A stretch of DNA of 64,000 nt. It comes from an uncultured cyanobacterium. Its GTDB lineage: Bacteria > Cyanobacteriota > Cyanobacteriia > PCC-6307 > Cyanobiaceae. The notes beneath the pieces were generated by a model. The model searched no databases. It saw only the letters and a program-made list of their open reading frames with translations, and was not told where the DNA came from. The translations under genes and the position numbers were made by a program. The number at the start of each line of letters is the position of its first letter. The stretch's first letter is position 1. Location of the stretch: contig CAVYYO010000001.1 of NCBI GenBank assembly GCA_963772735.1, positions 223,581 through 287,580 on the forward strand, written 5' to 3'. Shown here piece by piece: positions 28,619 to 38,194 of this stretch.

Positions 28619-28981
28619 GGACACCTCCTCCTGTGGGGTTGGATGCCAGCCGGCGACGCCTGCGGCCATCACGGTGAACGCGTCGGTGAAAGGGAGATAC
28701 CGGACAGCGAACGACCTGCCGGTGAAACCGACAGACATCGCATCCAGGGACCTCCACTTCAACCGATTCAGCCGTTTCCGTCGATCACCACGTCACTGCT
28801 GACGGAACCTGCCAATCTTAACGAGCACGGGCCGGATCTGCAGCGGCCTGTCCCCCATGGGGAGCGTCGATTGAGCGGGCATCAGGACCTGGGATGGGAT
28901 GGCGCGGAGCGACGGACCGGCGAGCGCCCAAGGCCTCGGTTCAGACTGGGGACGCCTCGCCCCAAGCCCCTGACCTCCCGC

Positions 28982-31102
28982 GTGCCGCCTCCCTGGCTCT
29001 GGTGGCTGGCTCTGGGCCTGATCTGGGCCGCCGCCACCGGCGCTGACCGGCTCTGGATCCATCTCGACCTGCGCCTGCCGGCCTGGGACGAGGCCAACTA
29101 CCTGAACAGCGCCGTGGACCACGGCCGCGCCCTCGGCCTGATGCCGGCTGGCGCCTGGCGGGGCTGGCAGGCCCTGCTGGATCTTTCCCCGAAGATTCCG
29201 CCCCTGGGAAGCCTGGTGGGCGGCACGGTGATCGCCGTGGCCGGCGACGACCCGGACGCGGCGCTGTGGGTCCAGCCCGTCTGGAACGCCCTGCTGCTGG
29301 TGGTGGTGGCCGGCTGGGGAAGGCAGCTGGTGAGCCCGGCCTTCGGACTGCTGGCGGCCGCGCTCACCGCCACCGCTCCCGCCCTGGTGACGCTGCGGGT
29401 GGATTACAGCCTTGATCTGCCGTTGACCGCCATGGCCCTGCTGGCCCTCTGGCTGCTGGGGCGCTGGCAGGCACCGGAACCGCTGGGCGGGCGCTGGGGA
29501 CAGGCGATCGCCGCCGCACTGGCCATCGGCGCCGCCGTGCTGGTGAAACAGAGTGCCCTTCTGGTGCTCGTTCCCCCCTGCCTCTGGGCCGCCGGCACCG
29601 GACTGGTCCGCCGCGGCCGGCGGTTGCAGGTGCTGATGGCCCTGGGGATCGCGGTCGGGATCGCCCTCCCCTGGCTGCGCCACAACTGGATCATGACCCT
29701 GGGAGGCACCAACCGGGCGGTGATCGAGTCGGCCGCCCTGGAGGGGGATCCGGACCCCTTCAGCCTGGCGAGCCTCTTCTGGTATCCGCCCCTGCTGCCG
29801 GCCCAGCTGGGGGTGCCCATGGTCGTGGTGGGGCTGGCTGGCGCGGTCCTGGCCTTGTGGCGGCGGCGGCGCTGCCTCCTTCCCCTGGCCCCCCTGGCGC
29901 CCGGGTGGGGCTGGCTGATCGGTTGCGCCCTGGGCGGCTGGCTGTTCACCACCTTGAGCCCCAACAAGGATCCCCGCTACATCGCGCCGGTGCTGCCACT
30001 GCTGGTGCTGCTGCTCAGCCTGGGCTGGTGGGCGCTCGTGCTGTGGCTGCGCGCCCGCTGGGGACGCACCGCCGCCCTTTCCGCGCTGGGGCTGGGCCTG
30101 ATCGGAAGCGCCGGGAGCACCGCCCTGCAGCGGGCGGAGGCGCTGGAGCGCGAACCGCCTTTCCCGATGGCGGCCCTCATGGGCGACCTGCGCCAAAGGG
30201 TGGGCACGGCCCCCACCACGGTGGTCGTGATCCCCACCACCGGCGATGTCAACCAGAACAACGTCACGGTGTTCGGCCGCACCGGCGGAGGCGAGATCGT
30301 GGGCCGGGAGATCGGCAAGCGCGAAGAGGAACATCCCCTGGTGCTGGGAAAGGCCGAATGGCTGCTGCTGGCCACGGGAGATCAGGGCACCCATCGGGAG
30401 GTGTCCCGCCAGCTGAGCCGCGCGGTGCGCAGCGACGGCCGCTTCGCCCTGGTGCGCAGCTGGCCCTGGAGCCAGGGCCGGCAGATCGAGCTCTGGCAGC
30501 GGCGCGACGATGGCTCCCCCCCGGCCCGGTTCGACCAGCACTTCATCCGCCTGGCCCGGGGCATGGAGCAGGGGCCTGCAGGCCTTGCCGCCGTATTCGC
30601 CGCCATCGGACCGGAACACCAGCTCGACGGCCACTTCCTGTATCAGCAGCGGGTGGCCCGCTGGGCGGAGGCGCAGCTGCGGATCGACCCTGACGATCGC
30701 GACGCCCTCTGGAGTCTGGGATTGCTGGGGGTGCTGCAGAACCGTCCCCATGCGGCGGACCGGTGGTTCAGCCGCCTGCAAACCCTGGAACCCGCCAACC
30801 CCTGGCCGCTGGCCTATCGCGCCGTGGTGCTGCTGGCCGCCTGGGAACCCTGGCAGGCCCATGCCCTGCTCGAGAAGGCGACTCCCGCGATGGGGCAACA
30901 GCCGGTGATCCTGGGTCTCAAGGACCTCTCCGGTCTGCTCTCGGGGCGGCCACAGAGCCTGGGATCCCTGCGGCAGAGCCTGCCAGCGGCCATCGAGACC
31001 GTGAAGACCGGCCTGGAGCAGCAGCCTGGATCCGCTCCTGACGCCGCTCCTCAGGACGCTGGCAACGCTTCCGGGCAGCAGATCAACGGGACGCGTCCAT
31101 AA
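28982..31102 (+). CDS. GT-C membrane glycosyltransferase (GT39/ArnT-like) with C-terminal TPR-like region; start uncertain
   Basis: Multiple TM segments, PAWDEANYL, PKIPPLG, NKDPRYIAP, C-terminal helical repeats. Confidence 0.8.
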   Translation: MPPPWLWWLALGLIWAAATGADRLWIHLDLRLPAWDEANYLNSAVDHGRALGLMPAGAWRGWQALLDLSPKIPPLGSLVGGTVIAVAGDDPDAALWVQPVWNALLLVVVAGWGRQLVSPAFGLLAAALTATAPALVTLRVDYSLDLPLTAMALLALWLLGRWQAPEPLGGRWGQAIAAALAIGAAVLVKQSALLVLVPPCLWAAGTGLVRRGRRLQVLMALGIAVGIALPWLRHNWIMTLGGTNRAVIESAALEGDPDPFSLASLFWYPPLLPAQLGVPMVVVGLAGAVLALWRRRRCLLPLAPLAPGWGWLIGCALGGWLFTTLSPNKDPRYIAPVLPLLVLLLSLGWWALVLWLRARWGRTAALSALGLGLIGSAGSTALQRAEALEREPPFPMAALMGDLRQRVGTAPTTVVVIPTTGDVNQNNVTVFGRTGGGEIVGREIGKREEEHPLVLGKAEWLLLATGDQGTHREVSRQLSRAVRSDGRFALVRSWPWSQGRQIELWQRRDDGSPPARFDQHFIRLARGMEQGPAGLAAVFAAIGPEHQLDGHFLYQQRVARWAEAQLRIDPDDRDALWSLGLLGVLQNRPHAADRWFSRLQTLEPANPWPLAYRAVVLLAAWEPWQAHALLEKATPAMGQQPVILGLKDLSGLLSGRPQSLGSLRQSLPAAIETVKTGLEQQPGSAPDAAPQDAGNASGQQINGTRP

Positions 31103-31277
31103 GGAAAGGGTGCCGCCGCGATGCGGTGGGGCGGATGGCCCAGCTGAGCTGGCGTCCTGCTGAATCCGCTCCGGTGCTCAACGGAAGCATGGAGATCCTG
31201 ATCACCTCCTTCTGGAGAGGGTGAGCCCAGGGGCAGAGCCAGCAGAGACCACCCGCCTGACGCCGCTTACGTTACCG

Positions 31278-32999
31278 ATGGCGAATCTGGCGTGCGGAGG
31301 AGTCTTGGTACCGATCCCGATCCGGCGCCCCTGGGTCCTGCTGGCTGTGCTCTGGCTGGCGGCCCTGGCCCTGGCCTTCGCCAGGCTGGGGAATGTACCC
31401 CTGCGGGACTGGGATGAGGCCATCGTCGCCAGGGTTGCCCTCGAGCTGAGCCAAAAGCCCTGGCCGGAGGTCCTGCTGCCCACCTATCTGGGCGACCCCT
31501 ACCTCAACAAGCCGCCGGGCCTGCACTGGTTGATGGCCGCCGGCTTCGACCTCTGGCGTCGCCTGGGGGGCGCAGGCATCGAAGCTTTGCCCCCGGAATG
31601 GCTGGTGCGTCTGGTGCCCGCGGCCCTGTCCAGCCTGATCGTTCCCCTGGTGGCCCTGATCCAGCTCCAGCTGCGACCGCGGAACCCCCTGGCCGCGGTC
31701 TGCACCGCCGCCATCGCGCTGACCCTGCTGCCCCTGGCCCGCGGCGGGCGGCTGGCGATGCTGGATGGGGTGCAGCTCTGCGCGATGACCGCGCTGTGGC
31801 TGGGGCTGCTGATGGCAGGCCCGCAGCGCCGCGCCGCGGCAAGGGGGGGCCTGATGGCGGGGATGGCGGGGAGCGTGCTGCTGCTGCTGAAGGCGCCGGT
31901 GCTCCTGCCGGTGCTGGCCACCGGCCTGGTGCTGCGCTGGCTTGACCGCGACCTGGCCTGCCGCGCGTGGAGGGTGGTGGGGCTCGGCCTCCTGGTCGGA
32001 CTGATCCCCGCCCTGATCTGGCACGGCTGGCACCTGCTGCAGCGTGGCGATGGCGCCCTGATCATGTGGGGCCACCAGGGCCTGGTCAGGATCACCGACA
32101 CGTTGGAGGGGCATGACGGTGGGCCATTCCTGCCGCTGCTGGAGGTGCTGGAGGGGGGCTGGCCATGGCTGCCGCTCTGGCCCCTGGGCCTGGCCCAGGC
32201 CTGGCGCCAGCGCCGGCAGCCGGAGGGGCGCTGGAGCCTTGGCCTCAGCCTGGCCACCGCGCTGATGGTGTTGCCGATCCAGACCCAGCTTCCCTGGTAC
32301 AGCGTGCTGCTCTGGCCGCCGTTCTGCCTGGTCTGTGGGCCGCCCCTGGCCGGCCTGCTGAACGCCTCACCCCGGCCCCGGTCCGTTCAGGGCATCGCCT
32401 GGTTCTGGTGTCTGCTGGGAACGGCGCTGGTTGCCATCTCGTTGCTGAGCCTGGCGGGCCTGGTCCCCGTTCCCCCGGACCTGAGGGCTCAGCGACTGCT
32501 GCCGCTGCCCGCGGGTCTGGGTCTGCTGGGGGGAGGACTGCTGCTCTGCCGGTCTGGAGCCAGGCACCGGCGGGGCGGTCTGATCCTGCTGACGGCGGGG
32601 TGGTGGTTCTCCCTGGCACTCCTCTTCCGGAGCCCGCTGTGGAACTGGGAGTTGAACGAGAACTGGCCGGTCAGGCCAGTGGCGGCCCTGGCCCTGACGG
32701 CGCCGTCCCCTTCGGGACCGGCGGCTGCGGCGGTCTACCTGCGTGGGGAGGATGGAAGCAGGCCAAGTCTGCACTGGTACTCCCAGCGGAAGGTGCAGAC
32801 CCTGCCGGATCAAGCATCGGCGGATCTGCCGGCCCGTTTCGTGCTCATCCAACGGGAGGAAGATGGTCCCCAACCGGCCGACCAGGCGTCGATCCAGCTC
32901 GGCAACGGCGCGATCTGTCGCCTCGACGGTCCACCTCAGGAGCCATGGCAGCGGTGGCTCTGCATCAACCCCGCGGCAGCAGGCCATGGACCACCCTGA
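31278..32999 (+). CDS. GT-C membrane glycosyltransferase (ArnT/PMT-like)
   Basis: LRDWDEAIVARVALE, YLNKPPGLHW, RLAMLDG, many TM segments. Confidence 0.85.
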   Translation: MANLACGGVLVPIPIRRPWVLLAVLWLAALALAFARLGNVPLRDWDEAIVARVALELSQKPWPEVLLPTYLGDPYLNKPPGLHWLMAAGFDLWRRLGGAGIEALPPEWLVRLVPAALSSLIVPLVALIQLQLRPRNPLAAVCTAAIALTLLPLARGGRLAMLDGVQLCAMTALWLGLLMAGPQRRAAARGGLMAGMAGSVLLLLKAPVLLPVLATGLVLRWLDRDLACRAWRVVGLGLLVGLIPALIWHGWHLLQRGDGALIMWGHQGLVRITDTLEGHDGGPFLPLLEVLEGGWPWLPLWPLGLAQAWRQRRQPEGRWSLGLSLATALMVLPIQTQLPWYSVLLWPPFCLVCGPPLAGLLNASPRPRSVQGIAWFWCLLGTALVAISLLSLAGLVPVPPDLRAQRLLPLPAGLGLLGGGLLLCRSGARHRRGGLILLTAGWWFSLALLFRSPLWNWELNENWPVRPVAALALTAPSPSGPAAAAVYLRGEDGSRPSLHWYSQRKVQTLPDQASADLPARFVLIQREEDGPQPADQASIQLGNGAICRLDGPPQEPWQRWLCINPAAAGHGPP

Positions 33000-34635
33000 C
33001 GATCACAAGAGCCAGAGAGCCGTGCTGGTGGCCGCCGGGATCTTCTTCCTGGTGGGCCTTCTGGTGCAGTGGTGGCGGCTGGAAGCCCTCAGGGCCTCCT
33101 ACGACCAGGGGATCTTCCTCCAGGTGTTGTGGAACGGCCTGCGAGGGCATCCGTTCGAGAGCACCCTCTCCTCCCAGCTTTCCTCCAAGGTGATTCACGC
33201 CGGTCAACTGCCGGCTCTGGGATATCACCGGCTCGGCCAGCACTTCACCCCTGCCCTGCTGCTCTGGTCACCGGCAGTGGCGATCCTCGGCCCCTGGGCT
33301 CTGCCGCTGATCCAGGTGGGGCTGATGACCCTGGCCGGCCTGGTGCTCCACCGGCTCGCCCGGTCCACCCTGGGGGATCCCAGGCTGGCGACCTACCTGA
33401 CCTGGGGTTTCTTCTCCGCCAACGCCGTCATCGGACCCACCTGGGGCAACTTCACGGATCTCTGCCAGCTGCCTCTGGTGTTCTTCCTGCTGATGCTCGG
33501 CCTGCAGCAGCGGCGCCACTGGCTTGTGCTGGTCGCAGCCCTGGTTCTTCCTCTCATCCGTGAGGACACCGGCGTGCTGCTGGCGGGGATTGGCCTCTGG
33601 CTGGGCATCCGACAACCCCATCGCTGGCGCCTGGCCGCGGCATTGGGCCTCTATGGCGCCGGCTGGGTGGTGCTGGTCACGAGCGTGCTGATGCCGCTGT
33701 TCAGCGAAGACAACAGCCGGCGGTTCATGGTTGAAAATTTCGGCCATTTCATCGACGGACAGGACAGGGCCAGCAGCCTTGAGGTTCTGAGCAACCTGCT
33801 GAAACAGCCCTGGGTCGTGCTGCAGGAGCTGATCAATCCTCCTGTCCCCACCATCCGCTACCTGCTCGCCCAGTCCCTGCCCCTGCTGTTCCTGCCGCTG
33901 CTCTCGGTCGACGTCTGGCTGCTGATCTGCCTTCCCCTGGCCGGACTGCTGCTGGCCCAGGGAAAACCCAGCCCCCTGTCGATCAATGTGCGCTATGCCC
34001 TGCTGGTGGTGCCTGGATTGTTCGCTGGAGCGGTGCTCTGGTGGGAGAGCCATGGCCAGCTGTTCCAGCAGCGCCGTGTGAGATCGTTCTGGATCGGTGC
34101 CATGGCGTTGTCTCTGCTGTTCACCGTGAGCGCCAATCCGAATCGCAGCCTTTCCTTCCTCATCCCCGACAGTGTGAATCCATGGATTCATCATTCACCT
34201 GCGGCCCAGTGGCGCCATGGACAGGCCGCCAGACGGGTGCTCCGATCGATTCCTGACGACGAATCGGTTGCCGCCACCACCCCTCTCGTGCCGCTGCTGG
34301 CGCAAAGGGAGGTGCTGGTGCGCTTCCCACGCTCGATGAATTATCAGGACAGACAAGGCATCAGGAAAGAGGTCCGCTGGATCGCCATGGACATCAGATA
34401 CCTTCAGACTTACCGGGAGGTTTCCGATGGAGACAGAAATGAACTCCATGTGATCGGCAAGCTGCTCCCCGACCTGCTCGACGAGTACGGAATTGCCGGC
34501 ATCGACGATGGCATCGTTCTGCTGGAGCGGGGATCCGCCAATCTGCCGGGAAGCTGCGACCAGCTGATCAGGCTGATGGGCCGATCCGGCCAGCAGTTCG
34601 AGGACCATCCGGTAAGGGTATCCTGCCAGAACTGA
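32986..34635 (+). CDS. DUF2079 family membrane protein (predicted GT-C fold)
   Basis: ASYDQGIFLQ, HRLGQHFTP, PLIREDTG, INVRYA. Confidence 0.85.
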   Translation: MDHPDDHKSQRAVLVAAGIFFLVGLLVQWWRLEALRASYDQGIFLQVLWNGLRGHPFESTLSSQLSSKVIHAGQLPALGYHRLGQHFTPALLLWSPAVAILGPWALPLIQVGLMTLAGLVLHRLARSTLGDPRLATYLTWGFFSANAVIGPTWGNFTDLCQLPLVFFLLMLGLQQRRHWLVLVAALVLPLIREDTGVLLAGIGLWLGIRQPHRWRLAAALGLYGAGWVVLVTSVLMPLFSEDNSRRFMVENFGHFIDGQDRASSLEVLSNLLKQPWVVLQELINPPVPTIRYLLAQSLPLLFLPLLSVDVWLLICLPLAGLLLAQGKPSPLSINVRYALLVVPGLFAGAVLWWESHGQLFQQRRVRSFWIGAMALSLLFTVSANPNRSLSFLIPDSVNPWIHHSPAAQWRHGQAARRVLRSIPDDESVAATTPLVPLLAQREVLVRFPRSMNYQDRQGIRKEVRWIAMDIRYLQTYREVSDGDRNELHVIGKLLPDLLDEYGIAGIDDGIVLLERGSANLPGSCDQLIRLMGRSGQQFEDHPVRVSCQN

Positions 34636-34715
34636 ATCAACCATGCTCGGAGCTCCTGCAGGCCGCGGGAGCAGAAGGGGAGCTGAAATAGGAATGGAAA
34701 TCAGAAGAAGTCAAT

Positions 34716-34739
34716 AAAAAAGGCGCCCGAATGGGCGCC
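34716..34739 (-). terminator. Intrinsic terminator after psbD
   Basis: GGCGCCC-4 nt-GGGCGCC stem followed by T6 on the minus strand. Confidence 0.85.
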
Positions 34740-34761
34740 ATGGAGTGAATGGTGATGCAAC

Positions 34762-35820
34762 TCAGAGAGCGTTGCCGCGGGGCAGGACCTCTTCAGGGAA
34801 GACGAAGTTTTCGTGCGGCTGGTCGGCGGGGGCCATCCAGGCACGCAGACCTTCATTGAGCAGAATGTTCTTGGTGTAGAACGTTTCGAATTCAGGATCC
34901 TCCGCTGCGCGGATCTCCTGACTCACGAAGTCATAGGCGCGCAGGTTGAGCGCCAGACCGATGATGCCGATGCTGCTGGTCCACAGACCCATCACCGGCA
35001 CGAACAGCATGAAGAAGTGCAGCCAGCGCTTGTTGGAGAAGGCGATCCCGAAGATCTGGCTCCAGAAGCGGTTGGCGGTGACCATCGAATAGGTCTCTTC
35101 TTCCTGGGTCGGCTCGAACGCCTTGAAGGTGTTGGCCTGCTCCCCGTCCTCGAACAGGGTGTTCTCCACCGTGGCGCCGTGAATGGCGCAGAGCAGCGCC
35201 CCGCCCAGGATCCCGGCCACTCCCATCATGTGGAAGGGATTCAGGGTCCAGTTATGGAAGCCCTGCAGGAACAGCAGGAAGCGGAAGATGGCCGCCACAC
35301 CGAAGGATGGGGCGAAGAACCAGCTGCTCTGACCCAGGGGGTACATCAGGAAGACACTGACGAACACCGCGATCGGGCCGGAGAAGGCGATGGCGTTGTA
35401 AGGACGGATGCCCACCAGACGGGCGATCTCGAACTGGCGCAGCATGAAGCCGATCAGGGCGAAGGCGCCATGCAGGGCCACGAAAGGCCAGAGGCCACCG
35501 AGCTGGATCCAGCGCACGAAGTCGCCCTGGGCCTCAGGACCCCAGAGCAGCAGCAGGCTGTGACCCATCGCGTCGGCGGGGGTGCTGACGGCGGCGGTGA
35601 GGAAGTTGCAACCTTCCAGGTAGCTGCTGGCAATGCCGTGGGTGTACCAGGAGGTGGCGAAGGTGGTGCCGGTGAGCCAGCCGCCCAGAGCCAGATAGGC
35701 CGTGGGGAACAGCAGCAGACCGGACCACCCCACGAAAACGAAGCGGTCGCGCTTGAGCCAGTCGTCGAGGACGTCGAACCATCCACGCGTTGACGGCGCG
35801 CGCCCTAGGGCGATCGTCAT
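34762..35820 (-). CDS. psbD: Photosystem II D2 protein, stand-alone copy
   Basis: MTIALGR...[16 protein letters not shown]...[10 protein letters not shown] (352 aa); not followed by psbC. Confidence 0.98.
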   Translation of the reverse strand: MTIALGRAPSTRGWFDVLDDWLKRDRFVFVGWSGLLLFPTAYLALGGWLTGTTFATSWYTHGIASSYLEGCNFLTAAVSTPADAMGHSLLLLWGPEAQGDFVRWIQLGGLWPFVALHGAFALIGFMLRQFEIARLVGIRPYNAIAFSGPIAVFVSVFLMYPLGQSSWFFAPSFGVAAIFRFLLFLQGFHNWTLNPFHMMGVAGILGGALLCAIHGATVENTLFEDGEQANTFKAFEPTQEEETYSMVTANRFWSQIFGIAFSNKRWLHFFMLFVPVMGLWTSSIGIIGLALNLRAYDFVSQEIRAAEDPEFETFYTKNILLNEGLRAWMAPADQPHENFVFPEEVLPRGNAL

Positions 35821-35999
35821 AAAGGGTCCTTCATGAAGCTTTACAACGCAATCGTAAAAGATGAGCGCCGTGGTTGCGACGGATGGAGCCGGTGCCATGG
35901 GCGAATGAGCAGAAATGCTCAGACGGCAGCCCCCGGCCGCCGATTCGCCAGAGTGTTCCCACTTCCCTGCCGCACCGAGTCGGCTCGCCAGTCCCCACC

Positions 36000-36263
36000 A
36001 TGTACGTCGTCGAGATCTCCCTCCGGCTCAGCCCCATGCCCGTCGCCGTCCAGCGCAAGGAGCTGGAGGAGGCCCAGAACCTCTACGGAGAAGTGCGCCA
36101 GGCCCTTGAGAGCGGCCATCCCAAGGTGCTTGAACTGAGCTGCGAGAAGGACGAGCAGAAACGGGTCAGCCTGCTGAGCGGCGAAGTCGTGGCCGTGCAG
36201 ATGTATGAGAAGTCGGCGGTGGCCGGCGGCGGCAAGCGGCCCGGCTTCAGCCTCGAGCCGTGA
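36000..36263 (+). CDS. Conserved cyanobacterial hypothetical protein (87 aa)
   Basis: [21 protein letters not shown]...; stop overlaps the start of the next ATPase (GTGA). Confidence 0.8.
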   Translation: MYVVEISLRLSPMPVAVQRKELEEAQNLYGEVRQALESGHPKVLELSCEKDEQKRVSLLSGEVVAVQMYEKSAVAGGGKRPGFSLEP

Positions 36264-36961
36264 CACCCTCCGCGGCGGCAGCCCCCCCCCTGACGGTCGA
36301 GGGGCTCCGCTTCGGCTGGGGCAAGGGGCCTTCGGCGCTCCGGGGCTGCCGGCTGGAGATCCCCGGACCGGGTCTCTGGATGCTGGTGGGCAGCAACGGC
36401 AGCGGCAAGAGCACCCTGCTGCGGCTGATCGCCGGCCTGCTCACCCCCGACGCCGGCCGGATCAGCTGCCTCTGCAAACCGGCTCTGGTCTTCCAGAACC
36501 CCGATCACCAGCTGCTGCTTCCCAGTTGCGGCAGCGACCTGCAACTGGGCCTGCCCGAAGGGCTCAGTGCCGGGGAACGGGCCGATCGGGTGGCGAAGGC
36601 TCTGGCCCAGGTGGGTCTCTCAGGCCTGCAGCAGCGACCCATTCACACACTCAGCGGCGGCCAGAAGCAGCGGCTGGCGATCGCCGGTGCCCTGGCCAGC
36701 TCCGCCACCCTGCTGCTGCTCGACGAACCCACCGCCCTGCTGGACCCCGATAGCCAGAGGGAGGTGCTGGAGTTGATTCATCGGCTCTGCCATCGCAGCG
36801 AGTCGCCGCTGACGGCCCTCTGGATCACCCATCGCCTCGAGGAACTCCAGCGCTGCGATGGCGCCGCCCGGATGGAGGCCGGCAGCATCGGCCCCTGGCA
36901 GTGTGGCGCCTCCCTGCAGCACAGCCTCGCCCCCTTGCCCGCCGGCGGGGCCGAAAGGTAA
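36260..36961 (+). CDS. ABC ATPase, ECF A-component (CbiO/EcfA-like)
   Basis: Walker [38 protein letters not shown]. Confidence 0.88.
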   Translation: MTPSAAAAPPLTVEGLRFGWGKGPSALRGCRLEIPGPGLWMLVGSNGSGKSTLLRLIAGLLTPDAGRISCLCKPALVFQNPDHQLLLPSCGSDLQLGLPEGLSAGERADRVAKALAQVGLSGLQQRPIHTLSGGQKQRLAIAGALASSATLLLLDEPTALLDPDSQREVLELIHRLCHRSESPLTALWITHRLEELQRCDGAARMEAGSIGPWQCGASLQHSLAPLPAGGAER

Positions 36962-36989
36962 GGTCATCTGGCCCGGTGATCGGGTGTTT

Positions 36990-37061
36990 TCCTCGGTAGC
37001 TCAGCGGTAGAGCGGTCGGCTGTTAACCGATTGGTCGCAGGTTCGAATCCCGCCCGGGGAG
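36990..37061 (+). tRNA. tRNA-Asn (GUU), CCA not encoded
   Basis: Acceptor TCCTCGG/CCGGGGA, D arm GCTC/GAGC, anticodon loop CTGTTAA, T loop GGTTCGAATCC. Confidence 0.97.
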
Positions 37062-37392
37062 TTTTCCACTGTCGACGGCACGGCAGCCGCTTCCTGCAAG
37101 CAGCGCACCTTCGGCTGTCAGCTGATCTTCCGCCTCAGCAGCCCGACAAGCGGCATCAGCAGAACAGGTCAGGATCCTCGGTTCATCCCCCGCCTTCCAC
37201 CAGGGCGGAAAGATCCCCCGCCTGGGGTCCACCCCTTTCCAGGGACCCTCCCCATCGGGTTCGCCGCCGGCCACGAAGCCGCCCACAGGCAGGTGAAAAC
37301 GTGGAAAGTGTTGTGCTCGTAAGGTGTATCTGCTTCCGAAGCACCCCTGGGAAGCATCTTCCTGAAGCTCCGACGACGCCCCGACGCCAGCC

Positions 37393-38184
37393 ATGAAGCC
37401 CTGCATCCTTCTGATCGAAGACGACGGCGACATGCGCGAGCTGGTGGCGGGCCATCTGGAGCATGGTGGCTTCGATGTGCAGCGGGCCGAGGACGGCATC
37501 AAGGGCCAGGCCCTCGCGCTCCAGTACGCACCCGACGTCATCCTGCTGGACCTGATGCTGCCCAAGGTGGACGGCCTCACCCTCTGCCAGCGCCTGCGGC
37601 GGGACGAGCGCACCGCCAAGATCCCCATCCTGATGCTCACGGCCCTGGGGGGCACCAAGGACAAGGTGAGCGGTTTCAACTCCGGTGCCGACGACTACCT
37701 CACCAAGCCCTTCGACCTCGAGGAGCTGATGGTCAGGGTCAAGGCCCTGCTGCGACGCAGCGAGCGGGCTCCACTGTCCACCAAACACAACGAGATCCTC
37801 AGCTACAGCTGCCTCACCCTGGTGCCCGAGCGCTTCGAGGCCATCTGGTTTGATGCCCCGGTACGGCTGACCCACCTCGAGTTCGAACTTCTCCACTGTC
37901 TGCTCCAGCGCCACGGCCAGACGGTGGCCCCGTCCCTGATCCTCAAGGAGGTGTGGGGCTACGAACCCGACGACGACATCGAAACCATCCGGGTGCACGT
38001 GCGGCACCTGCGCACCAAACTGGAGCCCGACCCCCGCAAACCGCGGTTCATCAAGACCGTCTACGGCGCGGGCTACTGCCTGGAACTCCCCAGCGGTGAA
38101 CAGCTGGAACCCCTCACCACCCTCATCAACGAAGCCCGGGCGACGCGGCAGCAGGCACGTGCGGGCGGCAGTGCGGTGGCCTGA
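37393..38184 (+). CDS. rpaA: OmpR-family response regulator RpaA
   Basis: [56 protein letters not shown]. Confidence 0.92.
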   Translation: MKPCILLIEDDGDMRELVAGHLEHGGFDVQRAEDGIKGQALALQYAPDVILLDLMLPKVDGLTLCQRLRRDERTAKIPILMLTALGGTKDKVSGFNSGADDYLTKPFDLEELMVRVKALLRRSERAPLSTKHNEILSYSCLTLVPERFEAIWFDAPVRLTHLEFELLHCLLQRHGQTVAPSLILKEVWGYEPDDDIETIRVHVRHLRTKLEPDPRKPRFIKTVYGAGYCLELPSGEQLEPLTTLINEARATRQQARAGGSAVA

Positions 38185-38194
38185 AACCGCATCC

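Noticed and set aside
28650-28682. Minus-strand CGTTCACC...GGCCGCAG resembling the 5' part of a glutamine (Downstream-peptide) riboswitch before a short ORF
   Set aside because: No nearby GGAACG-type 3' strand to close P1; a cmscan run would settle it
28684-28720. GGTGAAAGGGAG...GACCTGCC on + resembling cobalamin riboswitch fragments
   Set aside because: Far too short, lacks the B12-box/GCCACTG elements, and is on the opposite strand to the porin
36990-37392. tRNA-Asn as an integration site of a genomic island
   Set aside because: No integrase and no duplicated tRNA 3' end seen; rpaA-holB-tmk core genes follow directly
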